Under the pieces are notes generated by a model that made no database searches, was not told where the DNA came from, and saw only the letters and a list, made by a program, of their open reading frames with translations. Below are positions 10,585 to 21,697 of a stretch of DNA of 39,028 nucleotides, piece by piece. The stretch is from Octopus bimaculoides. Its lineage: Eukaryota. A program made the translations under genes and the position numbers. Where the stretch lies: contig NC_068988.1 in assembly GCF_001194135.2 (NCBI RefSeq), positions 68,440,656-68,479,683 of the forward strand. Reading direction: 5' to 3'. The stretch's first letter is position 1. Each line of letters begins with the position of its first letter.

Positions 10585-12812
10585 CAACGTGTGTATAAAG
10601 TTATTTAACCATTTCAAATTTACTCTGAAGGAATACTCAATACTTTTTAGTAAAGGTCAAATGCATTAACTTTTACACCGTAAGCGTTGACAGAGTTTCC
10701 GAACTTCTATGAAGCATTAGCATACGTCAATATAATATGAAGACAAATAACCAAGGTAGAAGCAGACCAGAAAACTCTCAGTAACGCATATAATAACATA
10801 GTATCTTTAATTCTAAGCTTCCGATAGATATCTAACATTGATATCATCTGTCGCATTCAGTGTGATCAACTCATTTTGCGTCAGACATTTTTTTGTGAAC
10901 AGTAAAATACAACAAAACGAAACAACTATTACAAGTCAGGCGTGATCTTTACTTGTCACATCTGAACTTGAAACATGTGAAATAGATACGCCTGCTTACA
11001 CAGTTACTACCATGCTTGACTCCGCCCTAAACAGTACAAAGTTCCAAAATGAAAGCAAACAGAGTCCCCCACCATAACTGACGCTCAACCTACATCCGAC
11101 ACGTGTATTCCTCGAATCTTCAACACCTCTTCCGACACAATTATATCCACATACTACCCAAAGCACAAATTATCAATTTACATTGCTCCAAATGTTTCCC
11201 GCAGTAAAAAAGCGAAAAATCTCAATTCTTCAGTGGTTAAATAAAGTGAAAAAGAACACAAGGTAGTAGAGTTTCATTAAGGAAAATAAATGGGAGTTAT
11301 TACCGGTTTTCTGGTAAATGATTAATAAACACACACACACACACATGGACACATACACAAACACAAACACACGCACACACACACACACNNNNNNNNNNNN
11401 NNNNNNNNNNNNNNNNNNNNNNNNNNNNNNNNNNNNNNNNNNNNNNNNNNNNNNNNNNNNNNNNNNNNNNNNNNNNNNNNNNNNNNNNNNNNNNNNNNNN
11501 NNNNNNNNNNNNNNNNNNNNNNNNNNNNNNNNNNNNNNNNNNNNNNNNNNNNNNNNNNNNNNNNNNNNNNNNNNNNNNNNNNNNNNNNNNNNNNNNNNNN
11601 NNNNNNNNNNNNNNNNNNNNNNNNNNNNNNNNNNNNNNNNNNNNNNNNNNNNNNNNNNNNNNNNNNNNNNNNNNNNNNNNNNNNNNNNNNNNNNNNNNNN
11701 NNNNNNNNNNNNNNNNNNNNNNNNNNNNNNNNNNNNNNNNNNNNNNNNNNNNNNNNNNNNNNNNNNNNNNNNNNNNNNNNNNNNNNNNNNNNNNNNNNNN
11801 NNNNNNNNNNNNNNNNNNNNNNNNNNNNNNNNNNNNNNNNNNNNNNNNNNNNNNNNNNNNNNNNNNNNNNNNNNNNNNNNNNNNNNNNNNNNNNNNNNNN
11901 NNNNNNNNNNNNNNNNNNNNNNNNNNNNNNNNNNNNNNNNNNNNNNNNNNNNNNNNNNNNNNNNNNNNNNNNNNNNNNNNNNNNNNNNNNNNNNNNNNNN
12001 NNNNNNNNNNNNNNNNNNNNNNNNNNNNNNNNNNNNNNNNNNNNNNNNNNNNNNNNNNNNNNNNNNNNNNNNNNNNNNNNNNNNNNNNNNNNNNNNNNNN
12101 NNNNNNNNNNNNNNNNNNNNNNNNNNNNNNNNNNNNNNNNNNNNNNNNNNNNNNNNNAGACTTACTTGCAAAAAAGGACGTGTGCGTTCAATAATGTAAT
12201 AATACAAAGAATATATATACATGTATACACACATATATGTACATTCTTACATCTACATGTGTATATATATGCATATCAGTGTACAGGACGTTAGAACAAT
12301 AAACTACAGACAACGGAACGAACACATAGAAAAACGGAAAGCCACTTGGAATATCCCTTCATCAGCTGTCTCTATTCTATCTAAACGTTTCGAAGATAAG
12401 ACAGGGTATACATATACATATATATATACACCGGTGGCATCCTAAAATTTTAGAAACATTCGAGAATTTCTCGGAAATGGTTCACGCAGTACATAAGGTT
12501 ATGTAAATATAGGGTTTAAAAAATCCCTTTAAATTGAAAACTTTAATGGCTACTCGTGGGACATGAATGTACATATTATGTAGACATTACAGGCCTTCTA
12601 TTATCACGCAAAAACCCAATTCTAGTTTCTCTATCCACATTAGAACCTTTATTGCTGCCAGAATTGTATGGAGTTAACGTCATAATTTGAAAATTATCAA
12701 CTTCACCTGGAATAATTCTGCTTTTGGTGGTCGAAGTATATATATTTATATACACATGTGTGTACATGTGTCTGTATGTATGTGCGTGGTGTTTTATGTA
12801 TGTGTGTGTGTA

Positions 12813-12857
<45 letters not shown>

Positions 12858-13624
12858 TATTCAAAGAAAGTGAGTAGGAGAATGATAGTGAAGGAGGGAA
12901 AAATTAGATTGCCGAGAGGTACATAGTCGTATGTATGTATACATAATTACACACACACACATACACACACAGCGTTTTATCACTTTACTCCCTTAGTAAT
13001 TTACAATTCAAATATAATGCGGTGTCAATGATCGGACGCCGCATATAAACATATGTGAGGTTTTATATATATANNNNNNNNNNNNNNNNNNNNNNNNNNN
13101 NNNNNNNNNNNNNNNNNNNNNNNNNNNNNNNNNNNNNNNNNNNNNNNNNNNNNNNNNNNNNNNNNNNNNNNNNNNNNNNNNNNNNNNNNNNNNNNNNNNN
13201 NNNNNNNNNNNNNNNNNNNNNNNNNNNNNNNNNNNNNNNNNNNNNNNNNNNNNNNNNNNNNNNNNNNNNNNNNNNNNNNNNNNNNNNNNNNNNNNNNNNN
13301 NNNNNNNNNNNNNNNNNNNNNNNNNNNNNNNNNNNNNNNNNNNNNNNNNNNNNNNNNNNNNNNNNNNNNNNNNNNNNNNNNNNNNNNNNNNNNNNNNNNN
13401 NNNNNNNNNNNNNNNNNNNNNNNNNNNNNNNNNNNNNNNNNNNNNNNNNNNNNNNNNNNNNNNNNNNNNNNNNNNNNNNNNNNNNNNNNNNNNNNNNNNN
13501 NNNNNNNNNNNNNNNNNNNNNNNNNNNNNNNNNNNNNNNNNNNNNNNNNNNNNNNNNNNNNNNNNNNNNNNNNNNNNNNNNNNNNNNNNNNNNNNNNNNN
13601 NNNNNNNNNNNNNNNNNNNGTTAA

Positions 13625-13790
13625 GTTCCTTGTCACGGAGCTGTTTGGCAAAACAGAACAATAGAATAAGTACCAAGCTTAAGAAGCAAATAAAACTGGG
13701 TTCGATTGATTCGACTAAAATTCCTCAAGGCAGCCTCCACCCAGCGTAAGTACGGTCTAATGACTGAAACAATTAGGAAAAAAAAAGAAC
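13625..13790 (+). mobile_element. SINE family A, 3' half (5' half in gap)
   Basis: ggcaaaa..atagaataagtacca..cgactaaaa..aaggc..aatgactgaaacaa matches the family A 3' region. Confidence 0.6.
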
Positions 13791-14371
13791 AGATCCACCT
13801 ATTTTCATGTATTTAAGCATTACCTACTCACATATGTAGAATCAAGGAAAATGAGTGATGTTCATAAATGACTGAAGGGGATTAAATGTTAATTGAATAT
13901 TTTTCATCTGGTTATGAATTGATATACCAAGCTGTTGATATTTTGGATCCTACGACACAGTTATTGATAATATCTTGTGACGTTTAGCGTGTTTAGTAAA
14001 TATGTTACCATGTAGGGAGAAAGATTCTCATGACGTAATTGATTTGATTTCTAGCTGAAGGAAGTAATACGGCTTGAAAAATGAGCGAGTGTTACTTTAG
14101 CAATAGATTAAAATCTTGATGCAAGGTGAAAATCTAAATGCAGTCATTTGTCTTGCGAGAAATACAGAGTAATCTACGTGAAGTGATTGTATTCTGTATT
14201 ACATAAAGTACACATAGTTCTAAAGAAAAGAGATGAGAAAGTCACAACTGGAACCCCTTCGATCATATGTCTCTTCGATTAGGGCTTATCACGGTTCAAA
14301 TCCAACAGAAGTAGTAAGAGTTAAAATATTCTGACGTTAAAATATTTGCATATATCTTTCATGTTTTCCAA

Positions 14372-14712
14372 TTTTCATTCATTGTAGTGCGTCCATGCCG
14401 AGGTACCACTTTGAAGGATTTCAGTCAAACAAACTGATCCCGGTACTTAGAATTATTTTGAAATCCTAGTACTTATTTTATTGGTCTTATTTGCGGAACC
14501 GATAACTCACGAAGACGTCCATCAAGCAAAACCGTGACAAGCACAAACACAAAAACACTCAAAAATTGGTATATACATATATACACATAAGTATATACCG
14601 CGAGTTTCTTTCGGTTTCTGTTTACTAAACTCACTCACAATCTTATGTCGGTTGGGCGGGGGTATAATAGAAAACACTTGTCCAAGCTTTCACCCAGTGG
14701 AACTGAACTATA
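14372..14712 (-). mobile_element. SINE family A, old copy
   Basis: Reverse complement carries the family A landmarks: cttggacaagtgttttctattata, gtgagtgagtttagtaaacagaaac, cttgtcac, ggttccgcaaa, ataagtactagg. Confidence 0.62.
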
Positions 14713-14801
14713 TATGCCNNNNNNNNNNNNNNNNNNNNNNNNNNNNNNNNNNNNNNNNNNNNNNNNNNNNNNNNNNNNNNNNNNNNNATATATATAATAT
14801 A

Positions 14802-14996
14802 CAGGGTGTCCACAAAGTTTGAGTACATGGGGATTAACACATACTTTAATAAATTACTATTTCTTATATCTAATTCTTTACTCCATGTACCCACATGGGG
14901 ATTATAATATACTTTAAGAAATTACTATTTCTTATATTTAATTGTTTATGTTATGATTTTATTTACTCTACGTACCCAGACCCTGTGGATACCCTG
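14802..14996. mobile_element. Tc1/mariner-type MITE, 195 bp, TA TSD
   Basis: TA|cagggtgtccacaaagtttgagtac ... gtacccagaccctgtggataccctg|TA. The 25-bp TIRs match at 20/25 positions and there is no coding capacity. Confidence 0.85.
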
Positions 14997-15149
14997 TATA
15001 TTATATATATTATATATTATATGTATATTATATTATATATGCACCTATATGTATATATGTATATAAGATAGATCTAATAATCCAAATTACAATATTAGAA
15101 TAAAAGTTATAATTTCTGAAAAAATACCATCGTGGTCAACTTAGCCTTT

Positions 15150-15255
15150 CAGACTTTCAAATCTATAAAACAATTACGATCTAAATACTAGAACAATGTA
15201 TCTGATTCGCTCCCATCCCCTTAAATTTCTGACCTCGTGCCAAAATCTGAATGAG
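15150..15255 (+). mobile_element. SINE family C 3' fragment
   Basis: caacttagcctttca ... aaatttctgacctcgtgccaaaatctgaa is complementary to motifs at 19690-19715 and 26060-26100. Confidence 0.42.
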
Positions 15256-16186
15256 TAGAAACTGATGAGAATATATGCCACGGTGTCGTATCGCGACATA
15301 CGTCATTAGTTTGCGTCTTAAACAGTACGAAACACTAGAAGAAAAAAAAAACTAACTACACTAAATGTCCAACGTTACGCCTCATTAGTTTGAATTTAAG
15401 TCTAGTCTAAGTAAATATTGCTTTCTCAGCACTGTGCTGATTAGATAAAGTAAATAGCTTAATCGTTCTAAGATTAGCCTTTAGCTTATTCTTATAATAC
15501 TGACATTTAGTATAGTATTAGCAAATTGGAGATTGATTTCGCCTAAAGAATGTATTAGAATAAATGAATATAATGGCGTAGAAATATAGGCACTTCCGAA
15601 GCTGTTATATGATCAAACATCTAATCAACTTTAAATGCACTTTCAAAATGCTGCTAACGCTATTAGAACATATTTGAATGACACATATGTATTCGCTAGT
15701 TTGTCAAATGTAAATTTAACGATATATTCTGTGAAAAGTTGTCTACACATTGAAAGAAAGTTATAAGTTAGAGTAAGTAGAAAACAGATTAAATACCTTC
15801 ATGTAATTTATTACTGAACACTGCTCAGAGTTCAAGTCCTAATTGAGTGAACTTGAATGCTCTTCTCTCTGGAGATAATAAATTGTGAATTGGTAATGTA
15901 CAAGTGAGTGTTCAATTGAAAACTGTTTACATTGTATCCTAAACTTATGACTATAAAAGTCAATGGATAGGTAAAAGAAATTTACTTTTTTTGAATAAGT
16001 ATAAAAACAACTGATGCATCTCTAGACGTTCCATCTTGTCTACTAAAATTCAAGTATTTACTTTCACAACACAATTCCTATTTAAAATTGGTATTTAACT
16101 TTTTGTTTGGTACGCTGACGTATTGTTCATTGTTTACCCCTCCTTGATACAGATACGTGTTAATGATAATTAAAGATATCTTGCAC

Positions 16187-16332
16187 ATGTACATTGTTTA
16201 CGTTATTTACATTTGACGGATATTCGTCCTCATCTTGATTGTTGTTAACACAACGTTTCGGCTGAAAGCCTTCATCATGTGTCTTGGGGGAACTTCGAAC
16301 CTGGGTTCTTATTCATAAGGTATTTTTCGATG

Positions 16333-16405
<73 letters not shown>

Positions 16406-16610
16406 NNNNNNNNNNNNNNNNNNNNNNNNNNNNNNNNNNNNNNNNNNNNNNNNNNNNNNNNNNNNNNNNNNNNNNNNNNNNNNNNNNNNNNNNNNNNNNN
16501 NNNNNNNNNNNNNNNNNNNNNNNNNNNNNNNNNNNNNNNNNNNNNNNNNNNNNNNNNNNNNNNNNNNNNNNNNNNNNNNNNNNNNTTATTATTCAGGTCA
16601 CTGCCTGAAA
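16187..16610 (-). mobile_element. Short hammerhead-bearing repeat element, left (inverted) copy
   Basis: The reverse complement is colinear with 16620-16857 at roughly 85% identity by eye. Its (TTA)n tract is interrupted by the gap 16407-16585, so continuity across the gap is inferred. Confidence 0.8.
16247..16283 (-). ncRNA. Minimal type I hammerhead ribozyme motif with core mutation C3A (probably inactive)
   Basis: Minus strand reads GACAC-AUGAUGA-A-GGCU(UUC)AGCC-GAA-ACGU-U-GUGUU. Helix I GACAC/GUGUU, helix II 4 bp, palindromic helix III. Confidence 0.75.
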
Positions 16611-16652
16611 CCGAGTTCGATTCGAGGCAGTAACCTGAATAATAATAATATT

Positions 16653-16696
<44 letters not shown>

Positions 16697-16890
16697 CAGC
16701 AATAACATCCAAAAATACCTTAGGAATGAAAGCCCAGGTTCGAAAGAAATTTCCCCAAGACACCTGATGAAGGATGGAGGGTATATCAGCCGAAACGTTG
16801 TGTTAACAACAAACAAGATGAGGACAGGTATCCGCCAAATAATGTAAATAATATACATAATGCCTCATCTCTTAAATATAGAACTGTATA
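16611..16890 (+). mobile_element. Short hammerhead-bearing repeat element, right copy: B-box-like head, (AAT)n, hammerhead, AT-rich tail
   Basis: GAGTTCGATTC at 16613-16623, (AAT)n at about 16638-16692, hammerhead motif at 16759-16804, tail ..atgtaaataatatacat..gaactgtata. Confidence 0.8.
16759..16804 (+). ncRNA. Minimal type I hammerhead ribozyme motif with intact catalytic core
   Basis: GACAC-CUGAUGA-A-GGAUGG(AGGGUAUA)UCAGCC-GAA-ACGU-U-GUGUU. All core nucleotides are present. Helix I is 5 bp, helix II has one A.G mismatch, helix III is the ACGU palindrome, and the predicted GUU cleavage is after 16799. Confidence 0.82.
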
Positions 16891-16934
16891 TTTCACATGG
16901 TTGGATTAAAGTCAAGTAGTGTCCTTTGCACAAT

Positions 16935-17365
16935 CCACCAATGAAATCCTCTTGAACTTTCAACATCAAATTAACAAAACATGAGGACAAAACTGCTGCC
17001 AGCAAAATAATAAATTAAATATCCAATCTTCTTCCAGGCCAACGCCGAGGCCTGATCCCACTACTGATCCCATCATTGTATTTATATATCTAACACTTGA
17101 TGCTTGTAAGATAAGCAAATATTTTTCATGCTAATATAGTAACAGGAAAATGGGAAGTTTAAATACTTTACAAAATTCAGGTATTGATAACGTCAAATAA
17201 TTTGCCCTTAGCACCATAAAACGTTCAACACTAAAGAAAAGCCTCTAGCTCCTCCATCATTTGATGCCTAAAGCACGATTGTATACTGTTTAAGGGTCTA
17301 TCTAAGCCTATATTTGCCAAAATTTACAAAGATTTTTCATAACATGTTTTAAATTTGGTTTCTAA
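16935..17365 (+). pseudogene. Possible highly decayed non-LTR (RLE-type, R4/Dong-like) reverse transcriptase fragment
   Basis: Weak motif echoes across several frameshifts: IFFQAN..PLL.IIVFIYLTL, IDNVK*FA (for YMDDLKLFA) and FKFGF. Confidence 0.3.
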
Positions 17366-18496
17366 CACTAGTATATAGCAATATGGATATTGATAAAGAA
17401 TCTAGGACAATATATGATCGATATAAGAAAAGAGATCTATGTAGTTACCGTTAAACATAGCAGTTGAATCCCCCTCAAATTAAAACTACCAATTTCAACA
17501 AACAAGTAACGAAGGAAAAACAAAAACAGCATCAGATAATGTTGCGCCAGCTATTCTGTGGTTGAGGATAATCAATGCAGAAAAACCTTTGATCATAGAT
17601 TTGCTTGAATAGGGCTTGACCTTGTTCTAATTAACAAGAGCAATAACAACGGCAACGGCAACAACAGCAACAGAGCTCTGTTTGTCTACACCTCGGATCT
17701 TTGTGGTTGTCCTTGTTTATGTGGAATATTTGTTCTGTAGCAAATTCTCGTAAAAATATCCATATTAATGTATATTCCCTACAATTTATTTCAATAATCA
17801 ACGTTGATTTTAATATCATCACCATATGTTTATTCTTCACCGCGCTTTAGATTAAGGTTTTTTGATCTCATATTCACAAATATAAACGCTCAGTCTTTGT
17901 CTACTTCATTCTGTCTCTTTATCCATATTTTACATATATATGTTCTTCTATCTATCTATCTATCTGTCTATCTGTCTATCTATCTACCTAGCTAGCTATC
18001 AAGTTAGCTTGCAATGGAGGAACATACATATACATACACACACACACAAACACATAGACATGCATGTATATATATATATATATATANNNNNNNNNNNNNN
18101 NNNNNNNNNNNNNNNNNNNNNNNNNNNNNNNNNNNNNNNNNNNNNNNNNNNNNNNNNNNNNNNNNNNNNNNNNNNNNNNNNNNNNNNNNNNNNNNNNNNN
18201 NNNNNNNNNNNNNNNNNNNNNNNNNNNNNNNNNNNNNNNNNNNNNNNNNNNNNNNNNNNNNNNNNNNNNNNNNNNNNNNNNNNNNNNNNNNNNNNNNNNN
18301 NNNNNNNNNNNNNNNNNNNNNNNNNNNNNNNNNNNNNNNNNNNNNNNNNNNNNNNNNNNNNNNNNNNNNNNNNNNNNNNNNNNNNNNNNNNNNNNNNNNN
18401 NNNNNNNNNNNNNNNNNNNNNNNNNNNNNNNNNNNNNNNNNNNNNNNNNNNNNNNNNNNNNNNNNNNNNNNNNNNNNNNNNNNNNNNNNNNNNNNN

Positions 18497-18586
<90 letters not shown>

Positions 18587-18949
18587 CCTGATGTAGTGAC
18601 ATTTATATATGTGTGCGTATGTGTGTATGTGGGTGTGTCTGTATATGTATGAGTGAATGTACGTTTGTAGGCAACTGACCAACATACTACAATATTTTCA
18701 ATTAAGCGAAGAAGACTCGATAGGTTTAGATGTACTAGAATATTTCATATAAATTAATATTTTAGTAAACGCTGTCATTTGGAAGTAATCTTTTCTCACC
18801 TGACTTCACTGGCATTCATTTCGTGTCTCTGGATGTAATTTTGTTAAGATGGGTTCATATAACTATCAATGAACATTGTATTTGCATATGGACGCCCTCG
18901 TGCATGTTTGTATATATACTTGTGCCCCGGCAATTAGGTTTAACTCATA

Positions 18950-19560
18950 CACACGGTGCATTTCAGAGATTTTGTGACATTTTTTTTGTAGGAAAGGTAG
19001 TTATAATTTTAGTATATCATTAGCTGATCTGCCAGATTTTTAATTCCAGATCTAAGGAGACGGCTGTAACAACACTTTGAACACACCCTGCTAAACTTTG
19101 CATGTCATTAATTTGCAGAATGCAGTCGGGACGTGAACACAATTTGGAAGCAATAAAGTTTTTGTGTTAAACAGCAAAACGGCTAAAGTAATTTAGGAAA
19201 TACTCCAGACAACCGATTGGTTAACCGGTCTGAACCGAGCATGCTTTCCGTTGGTACAATGATTTCAAGGACAGCAGAGAAGAGGAGAGAAACGATCTGA
19301 TGTGCGGTTGAGAAAGACGTCAGAACAGTTGAGCTGGTTAAGAAAAATCACTATATTTTGGATTAACAGCGTTGTGGGCCGATGAAAACCAATCATCGGA
19401 CAGTTTGGAGTTGCGCTGATTGCTCTACATACAATTATTCTTGAACATATGTATATGCACTACATTTGTACAAAGTCTGTTTCCAGGGTGCTCAGTGACG
19501 ATCAGAAGGAAAGACTCGTTGGCGGCAGCTTGAAGATAATTGAGCTCATCACATCCAGTC
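18950..19560 (+). mobile_element. Mariner-type transposon, 5' half (TIR plus N-terminal DNA-binding region, decayed)
   Basis: TA|cacacggtgcatttcagagattttgtgaca TIR-like start. Translation gives NLEAIKFLC, HAFRWYNDFKDSREEERND and TIILEHMYMHYICTKSVSRVLSDDQKERLV, echoing mariner AIKF, FRWY..FK.GR and VPR.L...QK motifs. No catalytic domain or right TIR was seen. Confidence 0.72.
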
Positions 19561-19687
19561 AGAGCTCTTCCTCTCAAAGTATCAAAATAGGCAGGTTCTC
19601 ATCCAATACTGAACTAAAGAAGATTATTCACTCAATATATACTACGGTTGACATAACGCGTGTTTATTATAAATTGACCAAATATAT

Positions 19688-19760
19688 TGGTTTCAAATTT
19701 TGGCAGAGGGCCAGCAATTTTGCCCGGCATGCTGAGGCTTCTCCCAGATCGCCGCCTTAA
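19688..19760 (-). mobile_element. SINE family C head-tail fusion (internally deleted)
   Basis: The tail motif tttcaaattttggca.a.ggccagcaattttg is joined directly to the head motif cccggcatgct...gccgcctt. Confidence 0.33.
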
Positions 19761-20440
19761 TTTGACGAAGCATATTGATGAGGCATTTGTTCGTACCTCC
19801 CTGCCTTTCTTCTACATTCTTTATTATTTACATTTTTTCTGAAAACACAAACGATGACATTATTCTAACGGCTTTGAGGGTGACAACAAACGAAGACTTC
19901 TACGATAGTGTTTAGTATCATTTTCTCTAAAATTGCTTGCAGAGTTATATTAAATTTAGTGAATACATAATTCTTACTACTCTATCTCAAACAATACGGC
20001 TATGCCGACAATAAACAATATTGTAAGATAAGGTGATATTTTAACAGAGCCTACATTGCGACATTGTAGTAAGATATGCATGTATTACGACGTTCGATCA
20101 GTTAGAAATAGTAGCCAAAGCCCGATCGTTTTTAGAAATTGTATGATACATTAAGTATCATACACTGTATAGTTGATGCAGTGTGTTTGAATAGAAAAAA
20201 GGGAATGGTAAGTGTCTGAATTCATCTGTTAATGTCTGTTAGACAAGGGATAACTTGGGATTATACAGGCTACAACAACAGCAGCATGAGTGCTGCTTTT
20301 TGTATCTAGGAATCTCTTACTACGGCGTTAACTTTTCAAGAGCGAGCTTAGACAGCACGTAACATGTATAGCTACCAACACTGCAACTACTGTTCTTACA
20401 GCAGCATTCTCTCTCTTTCTCTCGCTCGAAGAAAAAGAAC

Positions 20441-20477
20441 AACAAAAGCAACAACAGCAGCAGCAACAACAACAACA

Positions 20478-20551
<74 letters not shown>

Positions 20552-20712
20552 ATCTTCTAGAACGTAACTGTCAGGAATATTGCCAAATCTGCCATAGAAT
20601 TTTACCGATGCAATTTGATCTGCCATCTGGAGTTTGACCAACGAAACCTAACAATCTTCCACTTAAGATTATCTTTGGGAATTTATGATGGGTCAATTGA
20701 CTTATAAGCGGC

Positions 20713-20745
<33 letters not shown>

Positions 20746-20766
20746 TTTTGTTGTTGTTGTTGTTGT
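20441..20766. repeat. Mirrored compound microsatellites (CAA)n(CTA)n ... (TAG)n(TTG)n
   Basis: Left block 20441-20551 and right block 20713-20766 are complementary in mirrored order around about 160 bp of unique spacer. Confidence 0.8.
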
Positions 20767-20810
20767 GGTGGTGGTGGTAGTGGTGGTGGTGGTGGTAGTG
20801 GTGGTGGTGG

Positions 20811-20890
20811 TGGAGCCGGTTGTGGTGGTGCTGATGGAGCCGGTTGTGGTGGTGCTGATGGAGCCGGTTGTGGTGGTGCTGATGGAGCCG
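20811..20890. repeat. 24-bp GC-rich minisatellite GGAGCCGGTTGTGGTGGTGCTGAT, 3+ copies running into a gap
   Basis: Perfect tandem copies following a (GGT)n tract. Confidence 0.92.
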
Positions 20891-21412
20891 NNNNNNNNNN
20901 NNNNNNNNNNNNNNNNNNNNNNNNNNNNNNNNNNNNNNNNNNNNNNNNNNNNNNNNNNNNNNNNNNNNNNNNNNNNNNNNNNNNNNNNNNNNNNNNNNNN
21001 NNNNNNNNNNNNNNNNNNNNNNNNNNNNNNNNNNNNNNNNNNNNNNNNNNNNNNNNNNNNNNNNNNNNNNNNNNNNNNNNNNNNNNNNNNNNNNNNNNNN
21101 NNNNNNNNNNNNNNNNNNNNNNNNNNNNNNNNNNNNNNNNNNNNNNNNNNNNNNNNNNNNNNNNNNNNNNNNNNNNNNNNNNNNNNNNNNNNNNNNNNNN
21201 NNNNNNNNNNNNNNNNNNNNNNNNNNNNNNNNNNNNNNNNNNNNNNNNNNNNNNNNNNNNNNNNNNNNNNNNNNNNNNNNNNNNNNNNNNNNNNNNNNNN
21301 NNNNNNNNNNNNNNNNNNNNNNNNNNNNNNNNNNNNNNNNNNNNNNNNNNNNNNNNNNNNNNNNNNNNNNNNNNNNNNNNNNNNNNNNNNNNNNNNNNNN
21401 NNNNNNNNNNNN

Positions 21413-21427
21413 GAGTGAATTTGGTAG

Positions 21428-21480
<53 letters not shown>

Positions 21481-21697
21481 TGTGTCTGTGTTTGTCCCCC
21501 TAGCATTGCTTGACAACCGATGCTGGTGTGTTTATGTCCCCGTCACGAAGCGGTTCGGCAAAAACAGACCGATAGAATAAGTACTGGGCTTACAAAGAAT
21601 AAGTCCTGGGGTCTATTTGCTCGACTAAAGGCGGTGCTCCAGTATGGCCGCAGTTAAATGACTGAAGCAAGTAAAAGAGTAAAAGAGTAAAGAGTAA
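21413..21697 (+). mobile_element. SINE family A, young copy (head in gap, internal deletion before the microsatellite)
   Basis: Near-identical to 3165-3458 in the 3' body and the (GTAAAAGA)n tail. Confidence 0.9.

Noticed and set aside
17480-17620. Possible RLE endonuclease motif (AILWLRIINAEKPLIID) downstream of the weak RT remnant
   Set aside because: Similarity is too weak, and it lies too close to the RT segment to be colinear without a large deletion.
20364-20641. Poly-T and poly-V ORFs
   Set aside because: Frames of the (CTA)n tract.
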